A stretch of DNA of 63,609 nt, filler included. It is 6 parts of 6 records of this genome, joined end to end, with 100 filler letters (N's around TTAATTAATTAA, not from the genome) between each part and the next. Parts side by side here need not be neighbours in the genome. Positions count along the whole stretch, not along the records: positions 1 to 12,549 come from SRR31156797_18264; positions 12,650 to 22,688 come from SRR31156797_18288; 4 more parts are not named here. One strand, written 5' to 3'. A program made the position numbers and the translations under genes. Within the stretch, counting starts at the first letter, position 1. The number at the start of each line of letters is the position of its first letter. Positions 10,791 through 21,519 of the stretch are shown here, piece by piece. The notes below the pieces were generated by a model. That model had not been told where the DNA came from. It was given only the letters and a program-made list of their open reading frames with translations, and made no database searches.

Positions 10791-12548
10791 CTATTCACCA
10801 AAAAGGATATTCTCTTTTTGGTGGATGATTTTAGAAGTAAAAATATTTACAACTAAAAGAGTTAATAAAGGAATCAATAAAAAGTAAAGACCTAAAATAT
10901 CTGCTCTAAAATCCCAATATGATTCAAAAAGTAAATCACTTACAAAATATGAACCAACACTTCCTAATATAATTCCCAAACTACTAGCAAAAATAGAAAT
11001 AAGACCAAACTCTAATAAAAATGAGTTTTTGATAGTTTTATTTTTTATACCAATCATTTTTAGTCTTAGTATATTGTTTTTTTGTAAGTTCATTTGGTAT
11101 TGAATAATAATAAAACTCATCAATAAACCAATAGTAATAGAGTATAAACTCATTTTTTCAGTTATTGAAGTTACATCTTTTACGATACTTGCAAAAGAGT
11201 CAAATAAACTTTTTACATCGATAACTGTTAGTGTAGGAAATTTGTCTGTAAGATTTAGAAGCATTTTTGAAGCCTCATAGTCTCCTTGCGAAATAGTTGC
11301 CAAAATAGTGTTTGGTGCATCATCAATTGAGCCTTTTTGAAGTATCAAAAAGAAGTTTGGTGTGAACTCTATCCATTTTACTGTTCTTATGTTTATAACT
11401 TTTGCTTCAAGTTCTAATCCTAAGATATCAAAAGTTACTCTATCTCCAAGTTTTATTCCTCTTCTTGTGGCATATCTTTGTTCTACACTTAGTTCAATTG
11501 GTTTACTAAAATTACTTGAATCATAATCTCCTCTAAAATCTCTACCTTCAACTATCTGCTCACTTTTCTTTAAAGAACCTCTATATGATAGGTTTACTGC
11601 AGCATCTCTTGCATTGTTTTGATTATTATCTGCGTTTTGTTCTTTGCCATTTATTGAAACAATTCTAGCTCTAACCATTGGTGCAATATTTTCTAGTTTT
11701 CCACCTATATTTTCAACCTCTTTTTTTATATCATCTAACTGCTCTTCTTTTGCATCAATTACAAAGAATCTTGGTCTTTCATTTACACTTTGTGATAAGG
11801 CAGTTGATAAAGAGGAACCAACTTGTGGAATAAGACTAAAAAATGCTGTACAAAGCAAAATAGCAGAAAAAAGAGTCAATGAAGTTCTTTTTTGTCTTGT
11901 AATATTTTTAATAGCTAAGGATAAAGCTAGATTATCAAAGTGTCCAGAAAAATTAAACTTTTTCAGTATCAAAGAACCAATAACAAAAAGTATTAGTATA
12001 AGAAAAAGTACTGCTAAAGCAAAGAAAAATCCAATATGTTTAGATGGTGTTACAAAGTGTGATAATGCAAGTAAAAACCCAATAAATGGAATAAAGCTTA
12101 TAATAGTTTTGGAAAACTTTCTTTTTTCTCTTTGCACTAAAGGTAATATCAAAGGTAAACCTATACTTAGACTAAGTGCAAAAAGTATAAGTGCTGATTT
12201 TAAGAAAAACATATAATCAAGTGAAAAATCAAAACTAAAATCAATATATCTTTGGATTATAGGTTCTAAAAACTGTGAAGTTAAAGCTATAAATGAAAAC
12301 ACAATCACACTTGAAACAAATATCAAAACAAAAAGATGAAGAAGATAAGTATAAATAAGATTTTTCTTACTAACTCCAATATCACTTAAAACTGTAATAT
12401 CTTTTTGGTGTTTTCTTAAAAAACCTGAATATAGATATATAAGTCCCACTAAACCTAAGAAAAATGAGATTAACGATACAAGTGATAAAAAGTTTGTAAG
12501 GAAGTTTAAAACTCTAAGAAGTCTATCTCTTCCATCATTTGGAGATAA
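10791..12548 (-). CDS. FtsX-like ABC transporter permease (YbbP-type), 5'-truncated
   Basis: Frame open to the contig edge; PMVRARIVSING, IRTVKWIEFTPNFF, multiple TMs. Confidence 0.85.
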   Translation of the reverse strand, partial: LSPNDGRDRLLRVLNFLTNFLSLVSLISFFLGLVGLIYLYSGFLRKHQKDITVLSDIGVSKKNLIYTYLLHLFVLIFVSSVIVFSFIALTSQFLEPIIQRYIDFSFDFSLDYMFFLKSALILFALSLSIGLPLILPLVQREKRKFSKTIISFIPFIGFLLALSHFVTPSKHIGFFFALAVLFLILILFVIGSLILKKFNFSGHFDNLALSLAIKNITRQKRTSLTLFSAILLCTAFFSLIPQVGSSLSTALSQSVNERPRFFVIDAKEEQLDDIKKEVENIGGKLENIAPMVRARIVSINGKEQNADNNQNNARDAAVNLSYRGSLKKSEQIVEGRDFRGDYDSSNFSKPIELSVEQRYATRRGIKLGDRVTFDILGLELEAKVINIRTVKWIEFTPNFFLILQKGSIDDAPNTILATISQGDYEASKMLLNLTDKFPTLTVIDVKSLFDSFASIVKDVTSITEKMSLYSITIGLLMSFIIIQYQMNLQKNNILRLKMIGIKNKTIKNSFLLEFGLISIFASSLGIILGSVGSYFVSDLLFESYWDFRADILGLYFLLIPLLTLLVVNIFTSKIIHQKENILFGE

Positions 12549-12549
12549 A

Positions 12550-12649
12550 NNNNNNNNNNNNNNNNNNNNNNNNNNNNNNNNNNNNNNNNNNNNTTAATTA
12601 ATTAANNNNNNNNNNNNNNNNNNNNNNNNNNNNNNNNNNNNNNNNNNNN
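12550..12649. other. Artificial contig spacer
   Basis: N-run + TTAATTAATTAA + N-run; composition changes sharply across it. Confidence 0.98.
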
Positions 12650-13690
12650 CCTGGAAAAAGCATCAATCTCGAATGCGCCCATGGGACCGTTCCAGATGAT
12701 CGTTTTGGCATTGGTCAGGGCTTCCGCGTAAAGGGACGCCGTGGCCGGCCCTATATCCGCGATCATCCAGTCCTCGGGCACTTCCTGCACCGTGGTGATC
12801 TTTGTCTCGGCCTTGCGGTCGAATTTGTCCGCGACTACGCAGTCCACGGGAATATAAAATTTAATTCCCTGGCGGCGGGCCTTTCTCATTATGGACCTAG
12901 CCTTTTCCACGAGTTCTTCCTCGACTATGGATTTGGACCCGATGTCGTAATAAATGGCCTTTAAAAAAGTGTTGGCCATGGCCCCGCCGATTATTATCTT
13001 GTCCGCGACCTGCATAAAATTTTCTATGGCCGATATCTTTGAAGACACCTTGGCGCCGCCTATTATCGCCACCAGCGGCCGAGCCGGATCTTCCATGGCC
13101 CTGTGGAAATAGACCAACTCGTTTTTCATCAAAAAGCCGGCCACACAGTCATTAAAAAACTTTGTTATGGCCGAGACGCTGGCATGGGCCCTGTGAGCCA
13201 CGGCAAAAGCGTCATTTACGTAAATGTCGGCCAGCGACGCCAGCTTCTTGGCAAATTCATCGTCGTTCATCTGTTCTTCAGGGTGAAACCGCAGATTTTC
13301 CAAAAGAATTATATCTCCGGTGTTCATTTCCCGGATCATTTTTTCAACTTCCGGGCCGATGCAATCCGGGGCCATGAGCACGTCCTTGTTCAAAAGGCGT
13401 CCCAAACGGCGGGAAACCGGCGCCAGGCTCAACTCGGGAACCACTTCTCCCTTGGGCCGGCCCATGTGCGAACACAGAACAACCTTGGCGCCTTCGTCAA
13501 GCGCATAATTAACCGTGGGTAAAATGGCGCGAATGCGATTGTCATCCGTTATATTCTGGTTATCATCATAAGGCACGTTCAAATCGGCCCTTACGAAAAC
13601 CGTTTTACCATTCAAATCGATATCATTTACGTACCGAAATCTCTCTTCCGGCGTGGCCATCATGGATACCAAGCCAAATCCGTCTACCAT
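12650..13690 (-). CDS. pgk: Phosphoglycerate kinase, 3'-truncated
   Basis: [53 protein letters not shown]; start chosen after GAGGAGG. Confidence 0.97.
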
Positions 13691-13935
13691 GGCTATCCGA
13701 ACCTCCTCGGAGTAAAATTCCATATCAAATTATTATCAAAGGGTTATTCCCTCATAATATATTCTATTTATATATTGCTCGGCGCGTCAAATGGTTTTTT
13801 ATGTGTTTTTGTATTATTTTAAAGAATACAGCTTGAATTGAAATTTGCCGGTTTAATAATATATAATATCTCTACCACGCACACAAAGGGGTGACGGTCC
13901 GGCCGCGTTTCGGATCGTAAAATGAGGAAGATAAA

Positions 13936-14577
13936 ATGAAGCGACGCCGTTTCCTTCGGAATATTGGAGCGCTGGCCGGAGCCGGCGCCGTTATGGGGCC
14001 TTCCGGCGCTTTAGCTCTGTTAAGATGCCAGGATTATCCCGGGCAGGGTATGCGCCAGTGCGAAGCCGGGATTGATTCCTCGGTTTTGCACGTCACCGCC
14101 GCGGCCGTAAAAGGGCAGCACATGGACCAATGGTGCTGGGCCGCATGCATAGAAATGATTTTTCGCTACTACGGTTATATCGTGCCCCAGGAAAGAATCG
14201 TCAGGTCGACCTGGGGGCAGATTTACAACATGCCCGCCGACTCGAGAACCATCCTCGGAAACCTCAACCGGGCCTGGCGGGATGATTATGGACGGCAGTT
14301 CAGCGTTCAGGGCGATTCCTATTCGGCCAACGTCCTTACCGCGGCCCACGATCTTTCCAATAACATGCCGCTGATTATCGGCACAATGGGTCACGCCATG
14401 GTGTTGACGTCCATGGTGTATTACTGCGCCGGATGGAACGGGTATCAATGGATGCAGTGCGGCGTAAACGCGGCCATTGTTCGCGATCCCTGGCCCGGAA
14501 AGGGGCGGCGGGTTTTAAGCCAGCAGGAATGGCAAAACACCATGTTTTTGGCAAGGGTCAGGGTTCAGGGGTATTAG
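13936..14577 (+). CDS. Tat-exported papain-fold cysteine peptidase (C39/C70-like)
   Basis: MKRRRFLRN Tat signal; QWCWAAC (Cys), GHAMVL (His), RDPW (Asp). Confidence 0.75.
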   Translation: MKRRRFLRNIGALAGAGAVMGPSGALALLRCQDYPGQGMRQCEAGIDSSVLHVTAAAVKGQHMDQWCWAACIEMIFRYYGYIVPQERIVRSTWGQIYNMPADSRTILGNLNRAWRDDYGRQFSVQGDSYSANVLTAAHDLSNNMPLIIGTMGHAMVLTSMVYYCAGWNGYQWMQCGVNAAIVRDPWPGKGRRVLSQQEWQNTMFLARVRVQGY

Positions 14578-14653
14578 TCGACCTTGGAGAAAATACCTCA
14601 TTTCTGGACAGACGTTTTACTAACAGTAGGCTGAAAGTAGAAAAATAACTCCG

Positions 14654-15109
14654 ATGAAGCGCTGTAAAAAAATAATCGCTGTCATGCTTTTTTTGTGTGG
14701 TTTTATTATTCCGGCCGCTTGTTCCATGGGGCCGATGAAAGGCGCCTGGAATTCCGACCAGCTAGGCGTGATCGAATCCTGGCGCAATCAGGCCAGGGCC
14801 GTTAAAAACAAGGACTTGCCCTTGTGGAAGTCAATAACCTCTCCCGTGATTATTTTTAACTGCCGCCACAAGGAAATGAGCGAAGTTCTTTACAGAAGGC
14901 TGGTCCTGGAAGCCAATTCAGATCCCAAAAGGCTGAATATCCTATACAATCCGGACAAGGTCGTCGCGGTAAAAATTAATGAAAAGCAGGCTTATCTGGA
15001 TGTTGTGGGCCCCAAGGGCAGGAAAATTACCAGGCATGATTTTCATAAGGAAAAAGAAGCCTGGAAGTGGGCCGGCTCGAAATTGAAAGATCTGAAATGC
15101 AAACCCTGA
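14654..15109 (+). CDS. Hypothetical lipoprotein
   Basis: Basic N-terminus, hydrophobic core, PAAC lipobox-like. Confidence 0.65.
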   Translation: MKRCKKIIAVMLFLCGFIIPAACSMGPMKGAWNSDQLGVIESWRNQARAVKNKDLPLWKSITSPVIIFNCRHKEMSEVLYRRLVLEANSDPKRLNILYNPDKVVAVKINEKQAYLDVVGPKGRKITRHDFHKEKEAWKWAGSKLKDLKCKP

Positions 15110-15119
15110 CCTCGAATAT

Positions 15120-15590
15120 TTAAAGGTGCAAGGTCATAAGCAGAGCGTCTTCCTTGTCCTCCGCATAATAATTCTTTCTAACCCCCGTGGTTTCAAACCC
15201 GGCGTTCTCATATAATTGCATGGCTCCTTTATTGGACGGGCGTACTTCCAGAAATATTTCCGTAACTCCGACTTCTTTTGCGTATTCAATAAGGTAATTC
15301 AGCATCAATTTACCCAACCCCATTCTTCTGATGTCGGGCTTGACCGCGATATTTAAAATATGGATCTCGGGCGTAATTAGCCAAAAAATAAGGTATCCGT
15401 ATACAATCGGCCCATGGCGCGCTATCAGGCAGATCGAAGGCTTTCTCTCCATTTCCGCCCTGAAGCCGCCGGGCTGCCACGGACGTTTGAACGAAGCCCT
15501 TTCAATGGCCGCAACCTGTTCCAAATCCCAATAGGTCATGGGCTCAATCGTTATGTTTTCCAAAATATCTTGATTTGACAACGAACTCAT
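15120..15590 (-). CDS. rimI: Ribosomal protein S18 alanine N-acetyltransferase
   Basis: HILNIAV..RRMGLG, FLEVRPSN, RKNYY..EDALLM; start overlaps the upstream stop (ATGA). Confidence 0.92.
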   Translation of the reverse strand: MSSLSNQDILENITIEPMTYWDLEQVAAIERASFKRPWQPGGFRAEMERKPSICLIARHGPIVYGYLIFWLITPEIHILNIAVKPDIRRMGLGKLMLNYLIEYAKEVGVTEIFLEVRPSNKGAMQLYENAGFETTGVRKNYYAEDKEDALLMTLHL

Positions 15591-16294
15591 AGGATGAGAA
15601 AAATTAAAATTCCCGCGAAACAAAGACCGAAAGACAGCTCCTTCCACTTGACGTTGATGGAGCTCAGAGCCGACGCAATGCCGATCAGGATGATAAGCGG
15701 AAACATGCCTTCCAGGGTTGTGGTAAAAAAAGAGGGGAGCAGGGGATAGACGGCGCCTATAATTACACAGACCGGAATCAGGCAGATGAAGATATAAAAA
15801 GCATTACCCAGGTAGTTCAAGGTCAGTCCAAAAAAATGCAGACGTGTTATTTCCGTCAGCCTTCCGGCCGCTGCCGCCGACGTTCCTCGCTCGGCAAGCC
15901 GGGCGAATGCTCTTCTCATTTGACGCTCAAGAATCGCCGCAATCCTGGCAATAGGCGGGGCAAACAAAAAGCCTAAAACAATCAGGGAACGCGGCGGTTC
16001 ATCCGTGCCGGCATGCACCAATATCACGGCCGCGCTGCACACTATGGCGGCCAGGCATTCGTTGGGCGGTAAATGGCCTCCCAGAGGATGGTCGCTGATC
16101 CAGATCAATTCCAACAAGGCGCCCATTACAATGCCGGCGGCCGGCTGTTGCAGTAGAAGGCCGATCAACGGGCCGGCCACAATAGGTCTTGATATCATAA
16201 ATTGAAAAGCCGCCGACCTGTCCAGAGCAATTAATCCTCCTGTCAGGCTGACCAGGAATATTTTGCCCCACAGTAAACTCATGCCGGCTCTCAA
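15587..16294 (-). CDS. PTS mannose/fructose/sorbose family IIC-like membrane protein
   Basis: QFMISRPIVAGPLIG, GALLELIW, GGHLPP. Confidence 0.85.
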   Translation of the reverse strand: MRAGMSLLWGKIFLVSLTGGLIALDRSAAFQFMISRPIVAGPLIGLLLQQPAAGIVMGALLELIWISDHPLGGHLPPNECLAAIVCSAAVILVHAGTDEPPRSLIVLGFLFAPPIARIAAILERQMRRAFARLAERGTSAAAAGRLTEITRLHFFGLTLNYLGNAFYIFICLIPVCVIIGAVYPLLPSFFTTTLEGMFPLIILIGIASALSSINVKWKELSFGLCFAGILIFLIL

Positions 16295-16782
16295 CCTTTA
16301 TGGTCGGGGCCGATTGTCGGCAGGATGCTGACCGAAGAATCCTGGGGAACGGCCCGGGCTTCAACCTGGATGCCGTATCTTCTTATGGCATGGAGGTGTT
16401 CCAGGTCCGTCTGGTCGATGGAAAGGGAGCACGTCACCTGGTGGATGTTCGAGGAACATGCGATGTTGCCTATGTTAAGGCTTGAATAATTCAGTCCGGT
16501 TTCATAGGAAAGAAGAGCGTCACCGCAGTTGGCGAAAAGCAAAATGGCCCTTTTGCCGGACCATTTCCCCTGACTTAAAAGACGCGCGGCCTCTTGTACT
16601 TCATGAATGGCGATCTCAACCGTGGGCGGGACGGCCATTTCCATGATGGACCGCTGTAAGAAATCATTGGCTGCTTCGTCATTGGCGACTATCAAACAAT
16701 TGGCCCGGGTGAAAGGAACCCAGGCCTCTATTATCTGACCATGTATCAATCGGCAATCAACCCTGACCAGAACCAATGACAT
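16291..16782 (-). CDS. PTS mannose-family IIB component
   Basis: RVDCRLIHGQ phospho-His motif, LNIGNI. Confidence 0.92.
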   Translation of the reverse strand: MSLVLVRVDCRLIHGQIIEAWVPFTRANCLIVANDEAANDFLQRSIMEMAVPPTVEIAIHEVQEAARLLSQGKWSGKRAILLFANCGDALLSYETGLNYSSLNIGNIACSSNIHQVTCSLSIDQTDLEHLHAIRRYGIQVEARAVPQDSSVSILPTIGPDHKG

Positions 16783-16799
16783 CTAATAAAAGCTCCGAA

Positions 16800-17210
16800 T
16801 TAAGGCTTGGGACGGCGGTTCAACATTTCGCCCGCGACATTAATTGCTTTTCGTCCATGATTCCCAATGGTTTCGGCCAATTCAGCCAGGGGCTTCTTGT
16901 CGCGGCACTGGACTAGTTTGATGATCATTGGCAGATTAACGCCGGTTAAAACTTCCAACTGGCCGCTGGCCAGAAACGATAAACTCAAATTGGAAGGAGT
17001 GCCACCGAACATATCGGTCAGCACTATGACTCCATTACCCTGATCCGTTGATTTTATAGCCTGTTCTATTTCTCTCCGCATCGATTCGGGCGATTTTTGG
17101 CCGTCTATGGAGACGGACTGGCAATGTTCAATACGTCCGAGGATGAACTCCGCGGTGTTGATTAGTTCAGCTCCAAGCTGACCATGTGTTACTACAACAA
17201 ATCCAATCAT
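16800..17210 (-). CDS. PTS mannose-family IIA component
   Basis: VVVTHG, TDMFGGTPSN, GVNLPM. Confidence 0.93.
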   Translation of the reverse strand: MIGFVVVTHGQLGAELINTAEFILGRIEHCQSVSIDGQKSPESMRREIEQAIKSTDQGNGVIVLTDMFGGTPSNLSLSFLASGQLEVLTGVNLPMIIKLVQCRDKKPLAELAETIGNHGRKAINVAGEMLNRRPKP

Positions 17211-18115
17211 TTTTCTTCGCGCCTTTGGATGATATCCCTGTGGCGAACCGTTAAATTACCTGTTAGTTCCTTCAACCTTTCGGCCATTTTCTCAACTATG
17301 GTTACGGATCGATGCTGTCCGCCTGTGCAACCGATCGCTATGGCCAGGTACGACTTACCCTCTCTTTTGTAGAGCGGAATCACATATTCAAGCAATGAAT
17401 ATAACTTATCCAAAAAGGACGAGCCTTCATCCCCGACCATCACATATTCTACTACCCTGTTGTCTCTGCCGTCAAGGTCGCGTAAATCGTCCAGGTAAAA
17501 CGGGTTGGGCAGAAACCTCACGTCCATCAGTATGTCCGCCTCAGAAGGCAAACCGTGCTTAAAACCGAAAGATATTATTTCAACCGACATATGCTGGCCG
17601 ACTCCGGCCTGCGCATACTTCTGAAAGAAAACTTCCCTCAACTTGTGAGTATTATATAACGTCGTGTCGACCACTTCCTGGGCCGCTTCACGAACGTTCG
17701 CCATTAATTCGCGCTCACGGCGGATTCCGTCAAGAAGACTGCCTTCTCCGGCCAGGGGATGAGGTCGCCTGGTTTCGGAAAAGCGCTTCACCAGCGTCGC
17801 ATCGGAAGCTTCCAGGAAAACTACATGCAAGTCGTAGTTCAAGGATTTTATTTGAGAAAAAGCGGTTTGAAAGCTGGATACGAATTCCTTTTCGCGCATG
17901 TCCATCACCACGCCGAGCTTCATTATCTCGGAATCCGATTCATCCCTCAAAGCCAGAAACTTGGGCAAAAGCATAACCGGAAGATTATCAATGCAGAAAA
18001 AACCGTTATCTTCCAATGCATTAAGCGCGGTTGATTTTCCGGAACCCGAAAGGCCGGTTATAATTATTATGCGGCCGTTATTCTGTTCAAGGCTCATAAC
18101 GCCACCAGCTTTCAA
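17207..18115 (-). CDS. rapZ: RNase adapter RapZ
   Basis: GLSGSGKS, DNLP, SETRRPHP, SFGFKHG, DVRFLPNP, GCTGGQHRSV. Confidence 0.96.
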   Translation of the reverse strand: MKAGGVMSLEQNNGRIIIITGLSGSGKSTALNALEDNGFFCIDNLPVMLLPKFLALRDESDSEIMKLGVVMDMREKEFVSSFQTAFSQIKSLNYDLHVVFLEASDATLVKRFSETRRPHPLAGEGSLLDGIRRERELMANVREAAQEVVDTTLYNTHKLREVFFQKYAQAGVGQHMSVEIISFGFKHGLPSEADILMDVRFLPNPFYLDDLRDLDGRDNRVVEYVMVGDEGSSFLDKLYSLLEYVIPLYKREGKSYLAIAIGCTGGQHRSVTIVEKMAERLKELTGNLTVRHRDIIQRREEK

Positions 18116-18122
18116 AGAAATA

Positions 18123-18150
18123 CGGCCCTAACCCCTTGGAGTCAGGGCCG
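18123..18150 (-). terminator. Intrinsic terminator-like hairpin between ptsN and rapZ
   Basis: Minus strand CGGCCCTGACTC-CAAG-GGGTTAGGGCCG (12 bp with G-U pairs) followed by TATTTCTTT. Confidence 0.6.
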
Positions 18151-18174
18151 CATGTGTAATTTATTGTTTGGAAA

Positions 18175-18633
18175 TTAGAAATCGCTGTCCCGCGAGGCGA
18201 TCAGCTCGTAAATATCCTCGGGCCCTCCCGCCGACATAAATTCCTGCCGAAAGGAACTGTCTTTCAGCAGGCGGGATATTTTGGCCAAAGCCTTCAAGTG
18301 TATTCCCGCCGAACTATCCGGGGCGATAAGCAGGAAAAAAATGGTTGTCGGCTTGCCGTCCATGGACTCAAAATCAACCCCGGCCGAGCTTCGGCCGCAA
18401 GCTATTAACAAGCTTTTGACATTATTGCTTTTACCGTGGGGAATGGCAATTCCGTCCCCTATACCGGTGCTGCCAAGTTTCTCCCGCTCAAGCAATACCT
18501 CCAAAAGCGGTTCTTTTTCAAGCCCTTCTATGTCAGCGACTTTCCGGCAGAGTTCTTCAAGAACTTCTTTCTTGTGCCGGGCCTTCAACTCGGAGATGAT
18601 CGCCTTTTGGGGCAGAATGTCCAACAGTTTCAT
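18175..18633 (-). CDS. ptsN: PTS IIA-Ntr
   Basis: REKLGSTGIGDGIAIPHGK, HLKALAKISRLL; in the rpoN operon. Confidence 0.95.
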   Translation of the reverse strand: MKLLDILPQKAIISELKARHKKEVLEELCRKVADIEGLEKEPLLEVLLEREKLGSTGIGDGIAIPHGKSNNVKSLLIACGRSSAGVDFESMDGKPTTIFFLLIAPDSSAGIHLKALAKISRLLKDSSFRQEFMSAGGPEDIYELIASRDSDF

Positions 18634-18658
18634 TAACTTATTCCAATCAGGTTGTTCA

Positions 18659-19207
18659 TTACTCTGTCATAGGCTCAATCAGACCGTAATGGCCGTCGTC
18701 GCGACGATAAAGTACGTTGATTTTTTCCGTGGCCGAATTGGTGAATACCATGAACTGATCCGAAGATAAGTCCAGTTGCATAACCGCTTCATCCAGATCC
18801 ATAGGCTTGGCGAAAATCTGGCGCGCCCTGACAACCTGAGGCGTACTGTCCGTCTCATCTTCATGTTCAGTGGAAATAACGTCAATCCGGACTTCCTTGG
18901 GCGATATGCTTTTGCCGCCCTTGCGGTTCTTGGTTTTCTGCCTGTATCGTTTAACCTGTCTTTCCAATTTGTCCACGACCATGTCAATGGCCGAATACAT
19001 ATCTTCAGTTTGTTCCTGTCCGTTTATCTTTAAACCGTTTGACAAAATTGTTACATCCGCAGTGTGTCTGTATTTTTGTACGGAAAGAACGACATTCGCC
19101 TCCATGGCTGCATCAAGGAATTTCTCAATCCTCGTTATCTTGTCTCTTGCATAGTCTTTTAAAGCGTCAGAAGGTTCCATGTGCCTGAATGTCACGGAAA
19201 TCTGCAT
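18659..19207 (-). CDS. hpf: Long ribosome hibernation promoting factor
   Basis: MQISVTFRH, DMYSAID, KPMDLDEAVMQL, LYRRDDGHYGLIE. Confidence 0.95.
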   Translation of the reverse strand: MQISVTFRHMEPSDALKDYARDKITRIEKFLDAAMEANVVLSVQKYRHTADVTILSNGLKINGQEQTEDMYSAIDMVVDKLERQVKRYRQKTKNRKGGKSISPKEVRIDVISTEHEDETDSTPQVVRARQIFAKPMDLDEAVMQLDLSSDQFMVFTNSATEKINVLYRRDDGHYGLIEPMTE

Positions 19208-19257
19208 ATTATCTCCCTCCCCTGGAGTGAGTGGTTAAGCCGCTTGGCTTGCGGCGG

Positions 19258-20709
19258 TTAATAATGCTTTTTCCTCTTGCTAGATGAATTAATACCCAGC
19301 ATTTCTCTATACTTTGCTACTGTCCGACGCGCTATGTCAATGTTCGAACCCCGTAATATTTCAACGATTCGTTGATCGGACAAGGGTTTCATCGGATCTT
19401 CGGCGCTAATTATCTGCTTGATTTTTTTCTTTACGCTTTCCGAGGCCAGCGACTCGCCCTGAAACCGGTTTATCGGACTGTCGAAAAAGAATTTCAACTC
19501 ATATATACCCTGAGGCGTATGCACATACTTGTTCGAAGTCACCCGGCTAATTGTGGACTCGTGCAACTCCAGGTCCTCGGCCACATCCCGCAGAACCAGC
19601 GGTTTCAGATACTCGACTCCCTTGTCGAGAAATTCCCTCTGAAACTTGCAAATTGAATCCGTGACCCGGTAAATGGTCCTTTGCCTCTGATGTATGCTGC
19701 GGATCAGCCACATTGCGTTTCTTAATTTACCCTGAATGTAATCCTTGGCCTGCCCGCCGACGTCGTCGTTGTCCGACAACATCTCCCTGTATTGCTGGCT
19801 GACTTTCAATTTGGGAAGTCCGTCTTCATTAAGCACTATTACATAGTCGTCGCCGTATTTATAAATATAGACGTCAGGGCTGATATACTGCGTTTCCTCC
19901 CCGCCGTATTGCCGGCCGGGCCGCGGCTCAAGATTCACAATAACTCTTTCCGCCGCAAAAACGCTGCCCTTGGCCACTTTAAGCTGCCGGGCTATTTTCT
20001 GGTAATTCTTGTTTTCCAGGTCGTGCAGGTGCTCCCTGACTATCCTGAAAGCAAGACTGTCGCCCAAGCCCAGATGTTCCAATTGGATTTCAAGGCATTC
20101 CTGCAAATCCCTGGCGGCAATGCCCACCGGGTCCAATTCCTGGATTTTGCGGAGCGTCGATTCCACAAATTCAGGCGAAACGTTTTCCAACTCCGCGATT
20201 TCTTCCACGCTGGCCTTTAAATAACCGTCGGCATTGAGATTTCCAATAATCTGCTGACCAATCTGATATTCTTCGGTGGTGATATCCGTCAATTGCAATT
20301 GCCAGGTCAAATGGTCGGTCAGCGATGTCTTGGCCGCGATGAAATTCTCGTAAGAAGGAGCTTCAACAGGAGCTTCATACATTTGAGGCGTGGAAGGACT
20401 CGAACTGTATTCACCCAGATAGTTTTCCCAGTCAAATTCGGAACGCATGTTCTCTTCAACCTTAACTTCGGAAAACTCTTCGGTTTTAGCCGCGGGTTCC
20501 TGGTCGCCGTCCGGCGATTCTCCCTTTTCGGAATCTGGTTCGTCAGCTGTTTGTCCTAATTCAAGTATTGGATTTTCTTCTAATTCTTGGCTTATTTCCT
20601 CGGCGAGTTCCAATCGGGATAGCTGCAGCAGTTTTATGGCCTGCTGCAACTGAGGCGTCATTACCAGTTGCTGTGTCAGCTTCAGACTTTGTTTTAATTC
20701 CAGTGCCAT
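19258..20709 (-). CDS. rpoN: RNA polymerase sigma-54 factor
   Basis: LQQAIKLLQLS region I, HESTISR, RpoN box ARRTVAKYRE. Confidence 0.99.
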   Translation of the reverse strand: MALELKQSLKLTQQLVMTPQLQQAIKLLQLSRLELAEEISQELEENPILELGQTADEPDSEKGESPDGDQEPAAKTEEFSEVKVEENMRSEFDWENYLGEYSSSPSTPQMYEAPVEAPSYENFIAAKTSLTDHLTWQLQLTDITTEEYQIGQQIIGNLNADGYLKASVEEIAELENVSPEFVESTLRKIQELDPVGIAARDLQECLEIQLEHLGLGDSLAFRIVREHLHDLENKNYQKIARQLKVAKGSVFAAERVIVNLEPRPGRQYGGEETQYISPDVYIYKYGDDYVIVLNEDGLPKLKVSQQYREMLSDNDDVGGQAKDYIQGKLRNAMWLIRSIHQRQRTIYRVTDSICKFQREFLDKGVEYLKPLVLRDVAEDLELHESTISRVTSNKYVHTPQGIYELKFFFDSPINRFQGESLASESVKKKIKQIISAEDPMKPLSDQRIVEILRGSNIDIARRTVAKYREMLGINSSSKRKKHY

Positions 20710-20724
20710 AGGATCGTTTCAGCT

Positions 20725-21519
20725 CTAAAGTGTAAATTTTTCGCCAAGATATATTCTTTTGGCGATTTCGCTGTTTGCAATTGACTGGGGGCTTCCTTCT
20801 TCCAGAACTATTCCCTCGCTCAATATATAAGCCCTGTCGCAAACGCCCAGTGTTTCCCTGACATTATGATCGGATATCAGAATGCCGATTCCTTTTTCCT
20901 TTAACTGCGTAATTATATTTTGTATATCAATGACCGCAATCGGGTCGATACCGGCAAAAGGCTCGTCAAGCAATATGAAAGAAGGGGAAGTGACCAAGGC
21001 CCGTGTGATTTCAACCCGGCGCCGCTCGCCTCCCGAAAGGGAAAATGCCTTGTTCTTGGCCAAATGGCTGATTCCCAACTCGTTTAACAAACTTTTTAAA
21101 CGCTTCTGCTCCTCCTCGCGGGACAGGCGCAGCGTTTCAAGGATGGCCAGAACGTTTTCCTCCACGGTCAGTTTCCTGAAGACGCTCGCCTCCTGGGGCA
21201 GATAGCATATTCCATGCCTGGCCCTCTTATACATTGGCATTCTGGTTATGTCGTCCGTATCCAGAAAAACATGTCCTTCATCCGGTTTTATCAGGCCCAC
21301 AGCCATGTAAAAAGTCGTGGTTTTTCCGGCGCCGTTCGGCCCCAGCAACCCGACAATTTCACTGCTGTTCACGGATAAATTCACCCGGTCGACAACACGC
21401 TTGCGGCCGTAGCTCTTAACCAGGCTTTCAAGGCGAAGCTGATGCCGAGGTATTTCCGACTCGCGAACCTTGTCCGCCCTGTCAGCCAGGGGAAACTCTA
21501 TTACCGGGGCAGGCTTCAA
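20725..21519 (-). CDS. lptB: LPS export ABC ATPase
   Basis: [40 protein letters not shown]. Confidence 0.97.
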   Translation of the reverse strand: MKPAPVIEFPLADRADKVRESEIPRHQLRLESLVKSYGRKRVVDRVNLSVNSSEIVGLLGPNGAGKTTTFYMAVGLIKPDEGHVFLDTDDITRMPMYKRARHGICYLPQEASVFRKLTVEENVLAILETLRLSREEEQKRLKSLLNELGISHLAKNKAFSLSGGERRRVEITRALVTSPSFILLDEPFAGIDPIAVIDIQNIITQLKEKGIGILISDHNVRETLGVCDRAYILSEGIVLEEGSPQSIANSEIAKRIYLGEKFTL

